A stretch of DNA of 64,000 nt from contig CM022671.1 in assembly GCA_012295275.1 (NCBI GenBank), positions 34,348,001 through 34,412,000 of the forward strand, in the 5' to 3' direction. The stretch's first letter is position 1; each line of letters begins with the position of its first letter. Below are positions 57,994 to 64,000 of the stretch, piece by piece. The position numbers and the translations under genes were made by a program. The notes beneath the pieces were generated by a model. That model was not told the origin of the DNA, ran no database searches, and saw only the letters and a program-made list of their open reading frames with translations. Source of the DNA: Chrysomallon squamiferum. Lineage: Eukaryota > Animalia > Mollusca.

Positions 57994-59258
57994 ATTAAAA
58001 AAGAATTCGTTTTACGTGATTTCGACTTGTACCAGAGAAGAGAGAAAGAATGGTTTGTTTGATTTTAATTAAAACATTCACAAACCAAGTATGTAAAATC
58101 CTGCTGAATAAAATTAGGTTTATTGTTAGATGGAGCATAAAAAAAACATATTATGGCAGTTGTATCTATCTACATGCCACAGAATATATTCACATATCAA
58201 CAAGCAAGGACATAATTACAAATACACATGCATCGAAAACGGCAGATAAAATATAATTGAACTAATGCTAGTGAGTACATATCACTTTCCTGTATTCCTC
58301 AGTTCTATGTATCTACTTCTAAATAAATGAAACTATGAGCATTCGATAACATTATCTCAACACACGGTTATGCAAACTGTTTTTGAAACTCCCATGCTTT
58401 AATGATGAACTTGGTAAACTGCCGCCAGTCAGCCTTTGAACCGTCTTTACTGAAAAGTAACAAGAGATTTCTTCAATGCTCTTCTCGCAGAAATGAAAGG
58501 TTTTTTTTTTTATAAGAGCCATTAATGAAGGAATGGTGGGCTGTTTGAAGGTTTCTATCTCGGGCAGAATTCTCAGTCGAAGCTAGAAACGGTGTCCACG
58601 TAAAAAGGATTTCATAAACGACTGTACGTCACTCCCGAGAAAAAAAGAAACGAAAAAAAGAAAAAAAAAAAATGCTTTAATCATAAAGCTACACCGGGTC
58701 ACATATATTTTGTATTTAAAATTTCATAACCCAAACCGAACCTCTTAAACACGGAGGGGGACAAAGTATTGTATTTATCACTTCATTAAGTCATTACGTC
58801 TTCTTTTTATTACCTAATTCGGACTTGAGGTCTACACATACACATTTGCTTTCAAGAAACAAATCAATATCTCGAGTTCTTCAATCTTTCGTTATTTCGT
58901 TTTTCTTTAATCATTGCGCGTACATATAGCAGAGAGTGCCGTATACATGTACAGAAACCAGTGATTAAATTAGTCGTAAAGAAACTTGGATTTTTTTTCT
59001 TCTACATCGCGCAAGCATATGCGTACATACATAAAACATAAACTTGCATAAATAAAAACACACCTCGTGTACACGCACATATACAGTTAAACACACACAT
59101 ACACTTATATAAACATTCATTAATACATATATACATATATACATGCATGCATGCATACATACATACATACACACACAAACATACATACAGACATACATGC
59201 ATGCATACAAATATAAATATATTAAACATATATATACATACAAATACACAGATATGCA

Positions 59259-59292
<34 letters not shown>

Positions 59293-59605
59293 TTGTGTGT
59301 GTTTGTGTTTATATATATATACACACACACACACACATATACAGGCACATACATACATACACGGCTTCGTGCATACTCATATACACACATGTATATATAC
59401 ACACACACAAATACATTTACACATTTATACATTAAAATGAACTCATATATATAAACATATATGTACTAAGAATATAAGGCGCATCATACATACTTATACA
59501 TATAAGAGATAGAGATATACACTACAGGATAGGAAAGAGCCACATAATATTATTTTAATTTACAAGTAGGGACCGTACACCTTCACTCACAAGCGTGCTA
59601 CATAT

Positions 59606-59674
<69 letters not shown>

Positions 59675-59733
59675 ACACAACTCTGTGAACTGTAAGCATT
59701 CTTAGGAAAACCTATAAAAAGATAAGAGATAAA

Positions 59734-59900
59734 ACTTACCGCTCTGAGAAAAGCCTGCTGCTGCTGGCCATTACGACTGGACTACGCGAAGTTTAGTTCG
59801 CCGCGAACGATGGTGAAGACGCTGGTGCTTGTATATATTCCATGTGGTCGTGTCAGAGGCGTTGGAAACCGACGAATCAATACACTGGTCTAATCACGAG
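59734..59900 (-). other. Candidate 5' non-coding exon ending in a strong donor
   Basis: Locally GC/CpG-rich island ending GAGCG|GTAAGT at 59740, on the same strand as the GT31 cluster. Confidence 0.35.
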
Positions 59901-60959
59901 ACTTGGTCTCGAGCAGAAGACGATTCCCAAGATAAACACAAAACACGCTTGCACAATGCTTATTCAGATTCCTACACCGCCAATTAGCTGGTGATTGACT
60001 GCCGTGTTTATTGATGTAATTAATTATTACGTATCGCTAGCCACTTCATCTGTATAATTATACAGGGTTGTTTTTTTGGTGTGTTTTTTCTGTCCGTTTC
60101 CAAGGAATGCTACTACCAGTACTACACGTGCTGTTTTTTTGGGGAGGTATGTCTATTTTGGAACCGTATTTATCGAAAGAAGTTATATTTTTTTTACCGA
60201 GATTTCTAAACAGTCGCTGATCTGGACTGTGATGAATGCGGAAAGCCCCCGAGTCACTGCTCCAGTTGGCCTTGCTCCTCGCGAAAACATTTCTCAACCG
60301 TAAACCATTCTTTCGAGCAACCTACACTTACAACCGTCGGGTCACTGGAGGAAGGAAATCGTCTGCTAGACATGCGCAGAAGTAATATCGATTCTTGGAA
60401 ATGATGCAAATGGCTAGCCCAGAAATGTAAGCCGTTGATCTATGGGACTGTATGACAAACGAAGAACAATAGTTATTGATTGGCTTTCGCTATAAAAATA
60501 AATTTCGTTCTACATTAAAAAACATGGCTGGTTATTCCATTATTTTATCTGCTTAATTACGTTTTGAAGTAATAGTTTCGTCTAAGTGCCAGGCGAGAAG
60601 GGATTCTTCGTTTGCTAAGCTAATCTTTTTCTTCAGAAACGTAACGTTTGGTTGTTATTATTTATAGATGGTTTAATACTCTGTTTTTAAAAAAATAATT
60701 ACTTCACCGACGCTTGATTGTACAAACACCATCGAACAACCGAAAACTATTCTATGTTAGAACAGAATTTACCATTTTTCTTGTTCAGTTTATTTTTAGT
60801 CTTTCTCTCTATTCCCCTCCCATAGGGGTTTTTGTGGAGGTTTTTTTTGTTTGTTTGTTTTTTTAGATTTTTTTTATTAACACGAGGTCTACCGAGAATT
60901 CTGTTGAGAAATTAATCTGTGTAATCTGATGAAATTATATTCGTCTTATTATTATTATG

Positions 60960-61012
<53 letters not shown>

Positions 61013-61394
61013 CATCATCATCATCATTTACATTAGGATTATTATTATATCTCAAAAAATCTAGTTTGTACAGAATATATAGAAATACAAAAAGCACTCA
61101 GACAGATATGTGTATTGTATTCGTCTGTATTTGTGTTAATTCGCGACAATACAATATTTATAATATTATTCATCTGCGCCATTCAGTGTATGTTATTGAT
61201 TAATATTGTTCCGTTCGTCTCAGAAAAATCTGCACAGACTTATTTCAGAGATTTTAATTAAAACAGCTAAGCCAGATTATCGATATAGAATTTCTGCGAC
61301 CAAAAACTGTTATCAGTTTCAACAGAGAAATCATTTTCAATGTATCTGACCACCCCACACTTTTGTTAAATAGGTTTTAATAAATCAATAAATG

Positions 61395-61560
61395 ATAAAT
61401 AAAATAAAATAAAATGAAATGAAAAAAAATATATTGAAGTAAAATAAAATAAAATGAAATGAAATGAAATAAAATAAAATAAAATGAAATGAAACAAAAT
61501 AAAATGAAATGAAATGAAATGAAATAAAATATAAAATAAAATATAATAAAATAAAATGAA
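61395..61560. repeat. (AAAAT/GAAAT)n pentanucleotide repeat
   Basis: Visible directly. Confidence 0.85.
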
Positions 61561-61702
61561 ATTAAAAATAAAAATGTCAGTATAAATATAAATAAATGTT
61601 GTTGTTTTTTGTGTGTGTTATGCAATAAACCATATAAAATTTCAAAAATACCAAAGAGAGATAGAATATATGCAATAAACTAATGCAAAACAAAAACAAA
61701 AA

Positions 61703-61740
<38 letters not shown>

Positions 61741-61824
61741 TTTGATTTGTAATATCACAATCTCGAGTATAACACAAATACTGGATAAGATTTAAATCAG
61801 ACGAAATCGTAAAACTTGGACCAG

Positions 61825-61920
<96 letters not shown>

Positions 61921-62450
61921 AATGATTGTACTAACACAACCGACAGACACACACTCAGAAAAATATATTTATCCAAATCCCATTGTGTGACAGATATGAC
62001 TTTTTTTTCCAATCTATAACCTTATGACCCAATAACGTCAAGGTTCAATAACCCGCGAGTTTGTTTTTATCTGCTGCTGATTCGAAATCAGTACGGACAA
62101 TTATTTTTATTCTTTCGACATGATCGTCTCAAGAACTCAAGAAGAATTTCAAATTGAGGGATTCATGTAGAAAAATGTCTTCTGAATGATCGCATTTGTG
62201 GCTGGTTAACTTCCCATCCATGGACAAACGTTGGGACTAACCGGATTTGTAGAGTCTAGGGCCAATCAATACTCTGACACTTTCAGTTCAGATGAAAATA
62301 ATTCACAAAGCTCGTGAATCATTCCGGATAGGTCTGTTAAATGAAAAGTGACAGCACTGCAATCAGGCAGGCTTTGGTTTAGACATGCAACGGACGAATT
62401 TATAGGTGTGAAATACATGGTGTGAGATAATCATGATAGGCAGTTAAAGA

Positions 62451-62523
<73 letters not shown>

Positions 62524-63397
62524 GTTATTGCTTTCTTTTTATCTTATAATTCAGTAAGTTTTAATATAAACATTTGTAATAATCAGTCAAATGATTTTGA
62601 ACATCATAAACAGAAAACAGGATTTTACATGCTCATTCCTATACACAGAAAACATAATTACGACATATAAAACACACGTTGAAGTTTACCATGTCATGTC
62701 TGCTTTCATCTGAAATAATGCATAAGAAACTCAGCACGTAACAGTAATTAATTCTTTATCTTGACTGCACACACCCTGATCTTTCACTCACAAAACGGAG
62801 CAGAGGTTTGATCGGGAAAAAATTCTTTACTGGAAAGAGTGGTTTCTTTGGACTTTTGAAATGACCTGCTTACAGAGAGGCTGTTGGGTATCGTGTTGCA
62901 TGGTTGTCGAACGCGCTATCATTTAAAACAGGAGCTGGTGCACTTAGCCCGGGTTTAGATCTAATATTCAATTACGCTAATGGACAGCGAAGGTCCTCGG
63001 TGCGCGCCGAAAATGGAAGGAGTTTACGTGGGAATGTCAGCGAAGTGATGATGACGGCAAGCGCTCGTTCGCTGGCTAACTTCGTTAATGACGTTGAGAG
63101 AGAAGTTAATTGTCACAGCGGCCTGGTCTTGACAGAGCAGATTTAGTTATTACGTGCAAAACACGTGACGAGATCAAATGGGTTTAAACCGAAAGCTGGA
63201 ACAGTAAGGACTTGGTTAAAAAAGATTTTTTCATTTTTTTTTTTTTTTTTTTTTTTTTGGAATTGTATTCTTCGTACACAGTGTAAAATTTTCGTTAAAA
63301 GGAACAAAAAAATTATGATGATAGCATTTATTTCCCATCCGTCCTCCAAAATGTAAATTTATACTGAAATCAACAATGCTTACTACTGTTACTACAG

Positions 63398-63473
<76 letters not shown>

Positions 63474-64000
63474 CTTCCATTCTCTCATATGCGCGCGATT
63501 CATCTAGTTGTCTCTAAACCCAGCTCTCGACATTATAAGAAAGCACGTAGAAAATACTGCTCACATTAAATTCCAGTAATTAGTCTAAGGAGCAATATTT
63601 GTTTCCAGTGTCTGACCAAAATTGTCTTCAACCTTTGTCTTTATTCTGAAGTCATTTAGTGAGAAGGATTTTTAAACATGGCACAACTTGCGGATATTAG
63701 ACTCATTTTCTAAATTAAGGCTGAATTTTAATTTTCGGGAGGCTAAACCAGAATTGTTTCTCTGTTAAATATAAATGTTCTGATATTTGTCTTCAATTTG
63801 AAAAGACAAAAATCGCTACGTTATCAACCATTTGACTTTCACATCTCTGATTACAGCCTTTTTCACTATGTCTGTATGTATGTTTATGTTTATTCTCTTT
63901 TTCCTTTCTTGAGTGACTCGTTTGTTCCGTCTCATCCTGTTAGCAATCTCTTTTTCTTATTTTCTTTTTCTTTCACTGTCTCTGTCGCCTTACTTAATTA

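Noticed and set aside
62904-63146. 80-aa GC-richer ORF
   Set aside because: Non-ATG start, no recognisable family, no convincing flanking splice sites; could be conserved non-coding DNA.

Overview
AT-rich, microsatellite-dense animal genomic DNA (invertebrate-like, possibly molluscan; taxon cannot be fixed from sequence alone). The first 35 kb hold a head-to-tail, all minus-strand cluster of single-coding-exon GT31 beta-1,3-galactosyltransferase-like genes (Pfam Galactosyl_T; type II TM anchor, KTDDD, SKWY, W(I/V)DD(V/F)Y motifs). There are six very recent copies in segmental-duplication units: three open, one frameshifted, one 5'-deleted fragment and one nonsense-truncated. Two older intact paralogues and a probable heavily decayed relic follow them. 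The young copies are mosaics with a near-invariant N-terminal catalytic half and a hypervariable loop just before KRSKWY. Every complete CDS has a splice acceptor shortly upstream of its ATG. Several duplication and deletion breakpoints are readable, along with hairpin-rich minisatellites, a decayed MADF (Harbinger-type) ORF and an apparently exact 638-bp tandem duplication. The last ~28 kb appear non-coding (probable long 5'-UTR introns and regulatory DNA). Almost all short ORFs in the track are microsatellite or antisense artefacts.
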